Assembly (NCBI GenBank): GCA_041500405.1
Contig: JBGQMB010000019.1
Span: 1 to 20,749, forward strand
Direction of reading: 5' to 3'
Source of the DNA: Candidatus Micrarchaeia archaeon
GTDB lineage: Archaea; Micrarchaeota; Micrarchaeia; Anstonellales; J096
DNA: 20,749 bases
The notes beneath the pieces were generated by a model. That model ran no database searches, had not been told where the DNA came from, and saw only the letters and a program-made list of their open reading frames with translations. The position numbers and the translations under genes are program-made. Of this stretch, positions 6,297 to 15,070 are shown one piece after another (within the stretch, counting starts at the first letter, position 1; each line of letters begins with the position of its first letter).

Positions 6297-8584
6297 GCAG
6301 TGCCGGTCTCCCTTCTGTTGGCCTCAATGCCCTCTTTCAGCATCTTCGGGAACGCCTCATCCCACCTCTTTTGGGCCTCGCCGAAGTCCACCTTGCCGTT
6401 ATCGTCCTCAAGCGCGACCATGGCCCTGTTGATGAAGTTGTTGCACGTAAGGAAGAAGTCCAGCTGGTTAAGCTCCTTTATCCCGGTCTTTTCCGCCGCG
6501 TTCCTTATGTCCGAGAATATCTTTCCCTTGAAGAACGCCTGCAAAACGTACTGCTCGGGCGGTATGCCCGTAAGGTCGCTCTTCCTCTTTATGAGCGGCG
6601 GTATGAACTCGAAGCTCAGCTCCTTTGCCATCTTCTTCATGTCAATGCCGGAAAGGTCGGCCGCCTCGGCTTCCTTGTTCTTCAGGAACAGGCAGTTAAG
6701 CACGGACGTGTCTATGGAATTGCCCCTCTTGTAGTCGAACGTCTTCACGAACTGCTTGTTTTCCCTGTCAGACTCATATGCGTAGCCAATGACCCTGTTG
6801 GTCCTGCCCTTCCTCCCGAACTTCACCTTGTTCAGGAAAACGTAGCGGTCAGTCGCGAACATTGAAGCCGCGGGAATCCCGAACACAAGCTCAAGCCTGT
6901 CCTTGATGTCGTCAAGGCTTTCCGCGTGCAGGTTGTAAAGGAGGAAAACGCCCGGCTGCGTGTTGAGCAGGTTTATCACTCCCTGCACGGCGCTCCTGCT
7001 CCTGATTTCATTTATCACCAATGCGGCGTCGCCCATCCTGAGCAGCGCGTTCGCCATTGTGACAAGGTCCAGCTCCTTGATGTCTTTGCCTTCAACATCG
7101 CCCCCGGCCACCTTTGCGGCGCCTATGTGGAAGCCCCTTTTCCTGAATGTTCTCACTGGTATTTCCCAGATGTCCTGTATCGGGATAATCCTCTTGCTGG
7201 GGCCTATCGCCGCGATTTCCGCCGCGGTGAACGCGGTTTTTCCGCTTCCCTTTACGCCGAGGATTGCGCCGCTTGCGCCCATCCCCACGCAAACGTCATC
7301 ATATCCCGCGAAGAACGGGGACATGGATTTGTAGGCGAGGTATTGCGCGTACGTGAACGGCTCCTCAGCCAGTATCCTCAATGCGCCCTGCAGCTCCCCG
7401 AACGTCGCGGGCGGCCTTTGCAGGTGGCACCTCAATCCCTCCCTTTTCATGACCACGTCCGCAATCGGGAAGTTGTCGTCGAATTTGGTTCCCTTCTCGG
7501 AGAACACCATGTTCTTGAACGCCTTTTCCAGCATCTCGTAGTTGTACCTGAAAAGCGACTGGACTATGCCATACTCCCTATGGTCCATGTATATCGGGCT
7601 GTTCTCGCTGTCTATATATATGTCCGTTAGGTTGTCCTTGTCCAGCATCATGCACTCCAATGGCGAGCCCATGCCCACCACCCATGCCGCGGCCTCCCTT
7701 GCCATTATCAGCGCCTCCCTTGGCGTGATGTCGATGTTGTTGTGGAGCGCCAGCTCCATGAACCTTGACTTGTACTCGTTGACTTTCAGCCCGAACAGTA
7801 TCGTGTAGTCCATTGACGTGAAGTTTTCCTTCATCTGCGAGCCTATAAGGTCCTTGAGCATCTTCTGCAGCGGCTCGGAAATGGAGTCCAGTATCGGGTT
7901 GTCCATCTTGTATATCATGTAGTCCCTTTCCGGTATCTCGAAAATCTGCACCTGCACGCCGAACGGCAGCTCATATTTCGCCTTTGGGTCCTTCAATGCG
8001 ACCGCATTTACCGGAATGTCCAGCGATATCGTGCTTGCGAAGATAAGGCTTTTTGTCCCGACAAGCGAGAGGAACGCGCTCCTCATGTCGCCTGTTGATT
8101 TAACCAGCTTTATCATTTCCGTCGCTTCAAACCTTTTCAGTATTCCGGCAACCCAGCCGTGGAACGTCTGCAGCCCCTTCATGAACGCCGCGGTGTCAGG
8201 CGTCGGCTCCTTGTAGTCGCTCAGCAGCCTTGCGGCGCTGACCGGGTTCATGTAAGCGTAATCGACGAATTTCTCCAGCAGGGCCTGCCTTCTCCTGTAG
8301 TTCGGGTCTGCGGTATGCCCATATATGTCCTTCTTCATCCTTATGCCTTCTACTTGCGCAAGGACCTTTGCGTACTCTATCAGCACGCTGGCCTTTTGCG
8401 GCGGCAAGACGAACGTGATTTCCTCCTCGTACGCTATCTCCTTTATCGGGGTGTCCGATATTACGCTCACGAGGTTTTTCAGATGGTAGTTTATGAATTC
8501 CGGAGAGCCGAACTCGTACGGGCATTTTGCCAGGTCAACGATTCCCTTTGCTCCTTCTATCCTCAAGTCGCACATGGTTTGCAT
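6293..8584 (-). CDS. Divergent type II/IV secretion or type IV pilus traffic ATPase (VirB11/CpaF/FlaI-like)
   Basis: Walker A GVKGSGKT, Asp-box-like IQDIWEI, Walker-B-like LRMGDAALVINEIRS and His-box-like NLHAES, with a long N-terminal region. The start is probably ATG 8584 or 8575 rather than TTG 8647. Confidence 0.85.
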   Translation of the reverse strand: MQTMCDLRIEGAKGIVDLAKCPYEFGSPEFINYHLKNLVSVISDTPIKEIAYEEEITFVLPPQKASVLIEYAKVLAQVEGIRMKKDIYGHTADPNYRRRQALLEKFVDYAYMNPVSAARLLSDYKEPTPDTAAFMKGLQTFHGWVAGILKRFEATEMIKLVKSTGDMRSAFLSLVGTKSLIFASTISLDIPVNAVALKDPKAKYELPFGVQVQIFEIPERDYMIYKMDNPILDSISEPLQKMLKDLIGSQMKENFTSMDYTILFGLKVNEYKSRFMELALHNNIDITPREALIMAREAAAWVVGMGSPLECMMLDKDNLTDIYIDSENSPIYMDHREYGIVQSLFRYNYEMLEKAFKNMVFSEKGTKFDDNFPIADVVMKREGLRCHLQRPPATFGELQGALRILAEEPFTYAQYLAYKSMSPFFAGYDDVCVGMGASGAILGVKGSGKTAFTAAEIAAIGPSKRIIPIQDIWEIPVRTFRKRGFHIGAAKVAGGDVEGKDIKELDLVTMANALLRMGDAALVINEIRSRSAVQGVINLLNTQPGVFLLYNLHAESLDDIKDRLELVFGIPAASMFATDRYVFLNKVKFGRKGRTNRVIGYAYESDRENKQFVKTFDYKRGNSIDTSVLNCLFLKNKEAEAADLSGIDMKKMAKELSFEFIPPLIKRKSDLTGIPPEQYVLQAFFKGKIFSDIRNAAEKTGIKELNQLDFFLTCNNFINRAMVALEDDNGKVDFGEAQKRWDEAFPKMLKEGIEANRRETGTA

Positions 8585-8733
8585 TTTGTCTCCCGATGTT
8601 TTTAAACCTGACGGCGCATTTCTTACCGTTTCAGCCAAACGCCGCAAACTTACATCTTATAAAACTTTTGAGAACATTTCAAAGCTCCGCAGCGCCCAAA
8701 CAAAAGGAAGGTTGAGCGTCAAGCCGTTTTTTG

Positions 8734-8760
8734 CTGGAGCTTTTTTCTAAAAAGCTCCAG
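8734..8760. repeat. Perfect 12-bp inverted repeat (CTGGAGCTTTTT-TCT-AAAAAGCTCCAG) in a divergent intergenic region
   Basis: Arms at 8734..8745 and 8749..8760, read directly. Confidence 0.85.
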
Positions 8761-8821
8761 GGGACCTTGGTTCCCTTACGAAAGGGGCTTTTTTAAACAT
8801 TCCCACGCAACCAATAATGCG

Positions 8822-11542
8822 ATGGCCAAAAAAACCCTGGAGCAAGTGAGGGTGAAAGCTTTCATAAGGCAGGTTCAGTCAAATGAGTCCGCGCTTGGCG
8901 CAATAATAACGTACCTTGCGTGCATCTCCATACTTTTCGCAGTCTATTTCTTTCCGGTTTACCTGATACCGTTCATTGCGCTGGTTCCGGCCATGCTTGC
9001 GTACAAGGTACACCCGGGCTTCGGCCTTGTCGCAACCTGGCTGCTCGCATTGCCGGCCTTCGCGTTCCAAAGCTCTGTCTTCGCGTGGGTTGGCTCATTG
9101 TTCCTGATAGTGGTTTTGTACACCGCGGAAAAGCACTGGGCCACCATTTCATTAGCGACCATTGCGGTGTTCCTGCCGTTCGCGCCGTTCCCGCTATCGC
9201 TTTTGGGCGGTTTCATCTATCTGGTCCTTCTGGTTGGCGCGATGTATCTTGGGTCCAAGGAAAGCGTCCCCTTTACCGCAACTACGGTGCTGTTGATATT
9301 GCTGATAAGCGCGACCTGGAACGTTCCCAACTCCGCGCACTTCCCGCTCAACCCAGCGACCAATTTTGAGTCGCACGAAGACCTTATGCGCGCGACAGAC
9401 ATACCGTTCTATCCGTCAGACTTCGTTCCGGCATATTCGGATGCGATATCCAACCTTTTCAACATAAGGGCCGCGATGAACTTCGGGAATGTGCTTAGCG
9501 TGATGTGGCACAATTTGATGCTGATTTGCTTCAGCGACACCGGGCTCTTGCAGGCAATGTCCTGGATGGCGGTCATCTGGTCCGCGGCGTTCTTCACAGG
9601 CAGGCCGCTTGTGCGCCTTCCGATGGCGCTTGGCAGGAAGATAGAGACATCATTCCTCTTCCTTTTGGCCATACCGATTATATACACGGCGTTCTACGCG
9701 CTTGACAACGTCAAGTACATGCTGGAAATGCCGGTTTACGCGGTTGCAAGCATACTCGTTGCGCAATGGATGATGAACAACAAGATCATGTCCTTCAGGG
9801 AGCTTGAGATAAGGGGCCACGAGACAGAGAGGGCGTTCGGCACGACCGCGGTCCAGGAGATGTCATTGGCAACGGACGTTGAAAGCCTGGACGACTTTGC
9901 CAATTATGAGGAGACAAAGAAGGAGATTTACAATTCGATAGTCATTCCGCTGAAGCAGCCGGAAATCTCGATTGCGTACAACATCAACCCGCCGAAAGGC
10001 ATCCTGCTTTTCGGGCCGCCCGGAACAGGAAAGACATTCCTGATGAAGGCGCTCAGCAAGAAGCTGGAATTTGACATGATATATGTCAAGACTTCCGAAT
10101 TGCTCAGCTCATTATACGGGGAAAGCGAGAAGAACGTGAGCAAGATATTCGAAAATGCAAAGAAGAAGGCGCCGTGCATACTTTTCTTTGACGAGATAGA
10201 TGCAATAGGCAAGAAGCGCTCGAGCGAGGATTACGTTACGTCAAGGGTGCTTGACACCATGCTTGTGGAAATGGACAACATAATGTCCAAGCCAGGCAAG
10301 CCCGTCATTTTCATTGCTGCGACAAACGTCCCGCAGCTGATAGACAAGGCGCTGATAAGGCCCGGAAGGATAGACAAGATAATCTACATGCCGCTTCCTG
10401 ACAAAAAGGGCAGGGAGGCGATATTCAAGGTAAAGCTGAAGGGCCTTCCTGTTTCTGACGACATAAACATTGCAAAATTGGCGGAGGAAACAGACAGGTT
10501 TTCCGGAGCCGACGTGGCGCTTGCGGTGCAGGAGGCAAAGGGCAGCGTTGTGGAAAAGCTGACGCAGGGCTTTGACGAAGACAAGCCCGCAAGGGGCGAG
10601 ATAACGCCGATAACGATGGACGACCTGCTTTCAGCGGCGCAGGGCATAAAGCCGTCAACGTCCTTAAGCGACATCGAAATGTACGAGAAGTTCCGCTACG
10701 ACTTCGAGAGGAAAAGGAAGAAGGAAACAAAAAAGGACGAGGGAGACTTGGTCTTCAAAGACGTTGTCGGAATGGAAGACGTCAAGGACGCCCTGAGGCA
10801 GTCTCTTGAGCTTCCTATAAAGCACCCTGAGCTGATAAAGGAGTACAAGATTGAGCTGTCAAAGGGAATTCTGCTTTTTGGGCCTCCGGGAACCGGAAAG
10901 ACATACATCGCCAGGGCAGCGGCAGGCGAGTTCAGGATACCGATTTTATTGGCAAGCGGCGCAGACCTCATGAAGAAAGGGCCGTCCGCCGCGGCAGAGG
11001 AGCTGAAGACAATCTTCAACAGGGCAAGGGAAAATCCCCCTGCAATAGTGTTCATAGACGAACTGGAGACCGTTGCGCCGCTGAGGGGCTCGTCCGACAT
11101 CATCGTTGGCCAGCTTTTGCAGGAGATGGACGGCCTGGCAAAGAACAAGAACATCATGGTAATTGGCGCGACCAACATGCCGCATATGATTGACACCGCG
11201 CTGTTGAGGCCCGGCAGGTTTGACAAGATAATCTACATAGGGCCGCAGGAGCTTGAGGCGCGCAAGGACCTTTTCAAGATGTACCTTGCGCCGTTCGGCG
11301 AGGGCATAAACCTTGGCGCATTGGCCAAGGCAAGCGGCGGTTTCTCCGCAGCCGACATAAAGTCAATCTGCTCCGAAGTCAAGATAGACGCGGCAAAGGA
11401 GAAAATAAAGGGCGGCGCCGGACAGCCTTCCATAACAACGGAAAAGGTGATGGCAAAGCTGATTTCAAGAAGGCCGTCAATAACCCCGCAGATGCTGAGG
11501 GAATTTGAAAGGTTCATGCAGGAATACGGGGAAAGGAAATAG
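8822..11542 (+). CDS. Membrane-bound tandem AAA+ ATPase (Cdc48/VAT-like D1-D2 with a polytopic membrane N-domain)
   Basis: The first ~320 aa contain many hydrophobic helices. Two complete AAA modules follow (GPPGTGKT / FFDEID / AATN / RPGRID and GPPGTGKT / FIDELE / GATN / RPGRFD). TTTTAAAC lies about 30 nt upstream. Confidence 0.92.
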   Translation: MAKKTLEQVRVKAFIRQVQSNESALGAIITYLACISILFAVYFFPVYLIPFIALVPAMLAYKVHPGFGLVATWLLALPAFAFQSSVFAWVGSLFLIVVLYTAEKHWATISLATIAVFLPFAPFPLSLLGGFIYLVLLVGAMYLGSKESVPFTATTVLLILLISATWNVPNSAHFPLNPATNFESHEDLMRATDIPFYPSDFVPAYSDAISNLFNIRAAMNFGNVLSVMWHNLMLICFSDTGLLQAMSWMAVIWSAAFFTGRPLVRLPMALGRKIETSFLFLLAIPIIYTAFYALDNVKYMLEMPVYAVASILVAQWMMNNKIMSFRELEIRGHETERAFGTTAVQEMSLATDVESLDDFANYEETKKEIYNSIVIPLKQPEISIAYNINPPKGILLFGPPGTGKTFLMKALSKKLEFDMIYVKTSELLSSLYGESEKNVSKIFENAKKKAPCILFFDEIDAIGKKRSSEDYVTSRVLDTMLVEMDNIMSKPGKPVIFIAATNVPQLIDKALIRPGRIDKIIYMPLPDKKGREAIFKVKLKGLPVSDDINIAKLAEETDRFSGADVALAVQEAKGSVVEKLTQGFDEDKPARGEITPITMDDLLSAAQGIKPSTSLSDIEMYEKFRYDFERKRKKETKKDEGDLVFKDVVGMEDVKDALRQSLELPIKHPELIKEYKIELSKGILLFGPPGTGKTYIARAAAGEFRIPILLASGADLMKKGPSAAAEELKTIFNRARENPPAIVFIDELETVAPLRGSSDIIVGQLLQEMDGLAKNKNIMVIGATNMPHMIDTALLRPGRFDKIIYIGPQELEARKDLFKMYLAPFGEGINLGALAKASGGFSAADIKSICSEVKIDAAKEKIKGGAGQPSITTEKVMAKLISRRPSITPQMLREFERFMQEYGERK

Positions 11543-11550
11543 GTGTAAAT

Positions 11551-12981
11551 ATGAAAATATCAATGTCTGAAAGGCCCAACGCGGACCTGGTTGCGTACGC
11601 CGCCTTCAAGGGCGAGAAAAAGTCTGACAAGTCCGTTTCAGGCGCGCTGGAAGGGGCGGCAAAGGCCGGTGTTTTCCGCGGCGAAACAATGGAAACGTCG
11701 TTTTACAACGACAGGGGCTCCAATTTCCTGTTCATAGGGCTTGGCGAGCCGAAGCCCTTTTGCGAGGATGACATAAGGAAGGCCGCCGGATTGGCGGTCA
11801 AGTGGGCGAAGGGAAAGAAACTGGGCTCATTGTGCTTTGTCACCAATCCGAACCTGGGAAAGCCGGAAAGGCAGGCCGCGCTTGCGGCAGAGGGCGCATT
11901 GCTTTCAGATTTCAAGGTTTGCTTCAAGACCCGCAAGGAGGACAAGGAGCAGAAGGAGCTGTCCTTCTCCGTTGTTTGCGGCAAATCCGCTTCCGTAATG
12001 TCATTTTCCGAGGCAGTGGTAGGGGCTGAGGCGCAGAACTACGCAAGAAAACTGGCGAACACGCCGCCAAACATCGCGACGCCGGAGTTCATGGTTAACG
12101 AGGCGAAAAAGCTCGCGAAGGAATGCGGGCTTTCAATAGCGGTTTTTGACAAAAAAGGCCTGAAGAAGATGGGCGCGAACGGCATCCTTGCGGTCAACGC
12201 GGGAAGCGCGCATCCTGCATACATGCTTCACCTTGTGTACAAGGGCAATGGAAAGAAAATCGCGCTTGTCGGCAAAGGCATAACGTTCGATTCCGGAGGG
12301 ATCAATGTCAAGCCGTCCGATGCGATGCTCAACATGCATACGGACAAGACCGGCGCGTGCGTTGTTTTGGCGATTCTGAAGGCCGCTTCCAAGCTGAAGC
12401 TGCCGTTTGAGCTTCACGGCATAGTCGCGCTCACGGAGAACATGCCGGACGGCGCGGCTTACAAGACAAACGACATAATCAGCATGGGCGGAAAGACGGT
12501 CGAGGTTTATCATACTGACGCTGAAGGAAGGATAATATTGGGAGACTGCCTGCATTACGCCTCTGAAAAGGTAAATCCGGAATATATGCTGGATTATGCA
12601 ACATTGACCGGCGCAATGACGGTGGCGCTCGGAACGCAGGCCTCGGGGCTTTTCTCAAACGACGACAGGCTTTCGGACACGATTTCAAGGGCAGGGTTCG
12701 AGACCTGGGAAAGGGTGTGGAGAATGCCGATGTGGAAAGAGTACGACGAGCTTGTCAAGGGAACAATCGCGGACATAAGGAATGTCAGCACCGCAAAGGG
12801 CGAGGGGAGTTCCATATCAGGCGCAAAGTTCCTTGAGGCGTTTGTCGGAAAGGACATCAAGTGGGCGCATCTGGACATCGCCTCAACGGACATGGCGAAA
12901 GGCCATCCATACCTGAACGACTACGGCACAGCGACAGGCGTAAGGCTGACAATAGCTGTGCTAAAGGCGATGAGAAAATAG
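11551..12981 (+). CDS. pepA: Leucyl aminopeptidase, M17 family
   Basis: LVGKGITFDSGG, HTDAEGR (cf. NTDAEGR), DYATLTGA and WAHLDIA. AGGTG ribosome-binding site at 11541-11545, and the gene starts 8 bp after the AAA stop. Confidence 0.95.
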   Translation: MKISMSERPNADLVAYAAFKGEKKSDKSVSGALEGAAKAGVFRGETMETSFYNDRGSNFLFIGLGEPKPFCEDDIRKAAGLAVKWAKGKKLGSLCFVTNPNLGKPERQAALAAEGALLSDFKVCFKTRKEDKEQKELSFSVVCGKSASVMSFSEAVVGAEAQNYARKLANTPPNIATPEFMVNEAKKLAKECGLSIAVFDKKGLKKMGANGILAVNAGSAHPAYMLHLVYKGNGKKIALVGKGITFDSGGINVKPSDAMLNMHTDKTGACVVLAILKAASKLKLPFELHGIVALTENMPDGAAYKTNDIISMGGKTVEVYHTDAEGRIILGDCLHYASEKVNPEYMLDYATLTGAMTVALGTQASGLFSNDDRLSDTISRAGFETWERVWRMPMWKEYDELVKGTIADIRNVSTAKGEGSSISGAKFLEAFVGKDIKWAHLDIASTDMAKGHPYLNDYGTATGVRLTIAVLKAMRK

Positions 12982-12988
12982 GTTAAGG

Positions 12989-13552
12989 TCAGAACTCTAT
13001 TTCAGTTCCGCCTCTCCTTTCAGCTTCGGCCTCTTCCTTTGCCTCCGCCTCGGCTTTCTTCATTTTCAGGCGGATGTTCTTCCCGCTGATGTTGACAGGG
13101 ATGGAGATTGCCGCCTCAATCGGGACAACGGTGTAAATGTTCTTTGCCGTGTCCGAGGCGTTCACTTTTGCCTTTTCGCCCTTGAACGGGCCGGAAACTA
13201 TCTCCACGATGTCCCCGGGCTCTATGGCAACCGCAATCTCTTCCTTCTTCTCCATCATCTTCTTGACATCCTCAAATGTCAGGGGCGCGCCCTTTATCAT
13301 GCCCTTGACGTGCTTTACGCCGTCAATGAGCTTGGCAACGGCGTTGTCGTCGTCCGCCTCAATGACAAGGTATCCCCTGATGTCCTCCTTGAAGAATATC
13401 GAGTATACATGGGCCTTCATAGCCCTGACCTTCTGGCTGAGCATCATTGCCGTTATCTTCTCCTGCTTCACGGCTATCCTGACTATGAAGAATTTGTGCT
13501 GCGCCGAAGCATCTATGGGCTGCTGCGGGGCCTCTGCGATCTGTTCCATCAT
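12989..13552 (-). CDS. spt5: Transcription elongation factor Spt5 (NusG)
   Basis: NGN domain (RGYLVIEA) and KOW motif (GDIVEIVSGPFKGEKAKV), following secE. The start could be 13564, 13552 or 13549; GGTGA lies upstream of the latter two. Confidence 0.95.
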   Translation of the reverse strand: MMEQIAEAPQQPIDASAQHKFFIVRIAVKQEKITAMMLSQKVRAMKAHVYSIFFKEDIRGYLVIEADDDNAVAKLIDGVKHVKGMIKGAPLTFEDVKKMMEKKEEIAVAIEPGDIVEIVSGPFKGEKAKVNASDTAKNIYTVVPIEAAISIPVNISGKNIRLKMKKAEAEAKEEAEAERRGGTEIEF

Positions 13553-13560
13553 TTTCACCC

Positions 13561-13728
13561 TCATATAAGATTGACTATTATCGAAATTATGAGCCCGAGC
13601 GCGCCGAGCATGAACATGAACGCCGCGGTTATCCTCGCGACCCTCCTCACCTCGTCATCGTCCGGGTTCTCCGCCCTCTTGAGCACGAATATGCTTTTCT
13701 TTATCAGATAAAGGATTCCCTCTCCCAT
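13561..13728 (-). CDS. secE: Protein translocase subunit SecE/Sec61-gamma (not in the ORF track)
   Basis: Manual translation gives MGEGILYLIKKSIFVLKRAENPDDDEVRRVARITAAFMFMLGALGLIISIIVNLI* (55 aa), with a VLK.A..P...E motif and a C-terminal TM helix. It sits in the conserved position between ftsZ and spt5. Confidence 0.9.
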   Translation of the reverse strand: MGEGILYLIKKSIFVLKRAENPDDDEVRRVARITAAFMFMLGALGLIISIIVNLI

Positions 13729-13729
13729 T

Positions 13730-14941
13730 TCAGCCTACCTCTTCCAGTTCCAGCTCATCCAGCTCCACCGGCTTGTTTGCAATGTCCTGCGCCGAGAACT
13801 TGACTCCTGCAAGCACGACAAGGACCTTGAGCGTCGATTTCTTCATATCCTTCTCTATCCTGGCCCCAAACTTTATCAGGGCTTCCTGGGAAACCCTTCT
13901 TGCGGTCTCCTCAACGATGTATTGAACCTCTTTCAATGAAAGGTCCTCTCCGCCGGTGATGTTTATCAGCACCCTGTTTGCGGATGAGATGTCAACGTCA
14001 AGCAGTGGCGAGCTTAGCGCCGTTTCAATCGCTATCCTTGCCCTTTCCTCGCGCGGGACGTCAACGTTCGCCTCGCCCACCCCAATGACCGCGTATCCGC
14101 CGTCCTTGAGCGCGGTGCTTAGGTCCGCGAAGTCCACATTGACCATGCCTTCCTTTGTGACAAGGTCCGTTATGCCCCTCACTGCGCTTGCAAGCACCTC
14201 GTCGCAAACCCTGAATGCCGTGTTCAAGGGCAAATCAGGCGCTATTGTGAGGAGCTTGTCGTTCTTTATCATTATCAGCGTGTCCACGCTTCTCCTGAGC
14301 TTGTCAAGCCCCTGGAGCGCGTTCTGGGTTTTTATCTTTCCTTCAGACGTGAAAGGGAGCGTGACTATGCCTATTGTGAGCGCCTTTGTGTCTGTCTTTG
14401 CCATTTTTGCCATGACAGGAAGCGATCCTGTTCCGGTTCCGCCCCCCATTCCGCACGTCAGGAACAGCAGGCTGGCGTCCTTTATGGATTCCTTGATTAC
14501 GTCTATTGCCTCAAGCGCCGCCTTTTCCCCGCACTCCGGGCTGCTTCCGCATCCCCTGCCCCTGGCAAGCTGCTTGCCGAGCAGTATCTTCCTGTTTGAC
14601 TTTATCTTGAGCAAATGCCTTGCGTCCGTGTTGGACGCTATGAGCGATATTCCACTGACGTTCATTTCGTGGAGCCTGTTGAGCGTGTTGCATCCGCTTC
14701 CGCCCGCGCCTATGACGAATATCTTCGGCTCGCTTTCCTCAATGAATCTCAGTATGTCCTCTTCGTCGTCGCTTGCGCCATCGGTCATCTCGTCCGTAAC
14801 CTCGGCAGGGCTGTACTTCTCGTCCTGCGGCGGCGCTTGCTGGGCAACTGGCTGGGCCGGAATTGCCGGCGCCTGCACTTGGGCTGGAGCGGCCTGTTTT
14901 GGAATCTCTTCAGGCTGAGGGGCTGTTTCTGTTCCTTCCAT
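13730..14941 (-). CDS. ftsZ: Cell division protein FtsZ (FtsZ1-type context)
   Basis: GAGGSGCN, NTDARHL, GMGGGTGTG and T7 loop NVDFADL. ATG 14941 is preceded by AGGTGA. There is a Pro/Gln/acidic N-terminal extension. Confidence 0.97.
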   Translation of the reverse strand: MEGTETAPQPEEIPKQAAPAQVQAPAIPAQPVAQQAPPQDEKYSPAEVTDEMTDGASDDEEDILRFIEESEPKIFVIGAGGSGCNTLNRLHEMNVSGISLIASNTDARHLLKIKSNRKILLGKQLARGRGCGSSPECGEKAALEAIDVIKESIKDASLLFLTCGMGGGTGTGSLPVMAKMAKTDTKALTIGIVTLPFTSEGKIKTQNALQGLDKLRRSVDTLIMIKNDKLLTIAPDLPLNTAFRVCDEVLASAVRGITDLVTKEGMVNVDFADLSTALKDGGYAVIGVGEANVDVPREERARIAIETALSSPLLDVDISSANRVLINITGGEDLSLKEVQYIVEETARRVSQEALIKFGARIEKDMKKSTLKVLVVLAGVKFSAQDIANKPVELDELELEEVG

Positions 14942-15029
14942 GTCCTGTCTCACCTTTGATAATCTAATGGTTTTGGAATATTTGAACAATTATGTTTAAA
15001 AGCCTGCCTGATAGCCTTCTGGCCTGAAA

Positions 15030-15065
15030 TTTAAAAAAAATTAAAAAGAAAAAATTAAGGGAAAA
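15030..15065 (-). terminator. Probable oligo-T archaeal terminator
   Basis: Multiple T-runs on the minus strand directly after the stop at 15071. Confidence 0.5.
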
Positions 15066-15070
15066 TCAAT

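Noticed and set aside
8822..11542. Calling the AAA protein FtsH or canonical Cdc48
   Set aside because: It has no HExxH protease domain, has two AAA modules, and has a membrane domain instead of the Cdc48 N-domain.
13956..14918. 320-aa plus-strand ORF and other long antisense ORFs (e.g. 4698..5390, 5964..6734, 6926..7630)
   Set aside because: They lie opposite well-supported genes and have no recognisable motifs.
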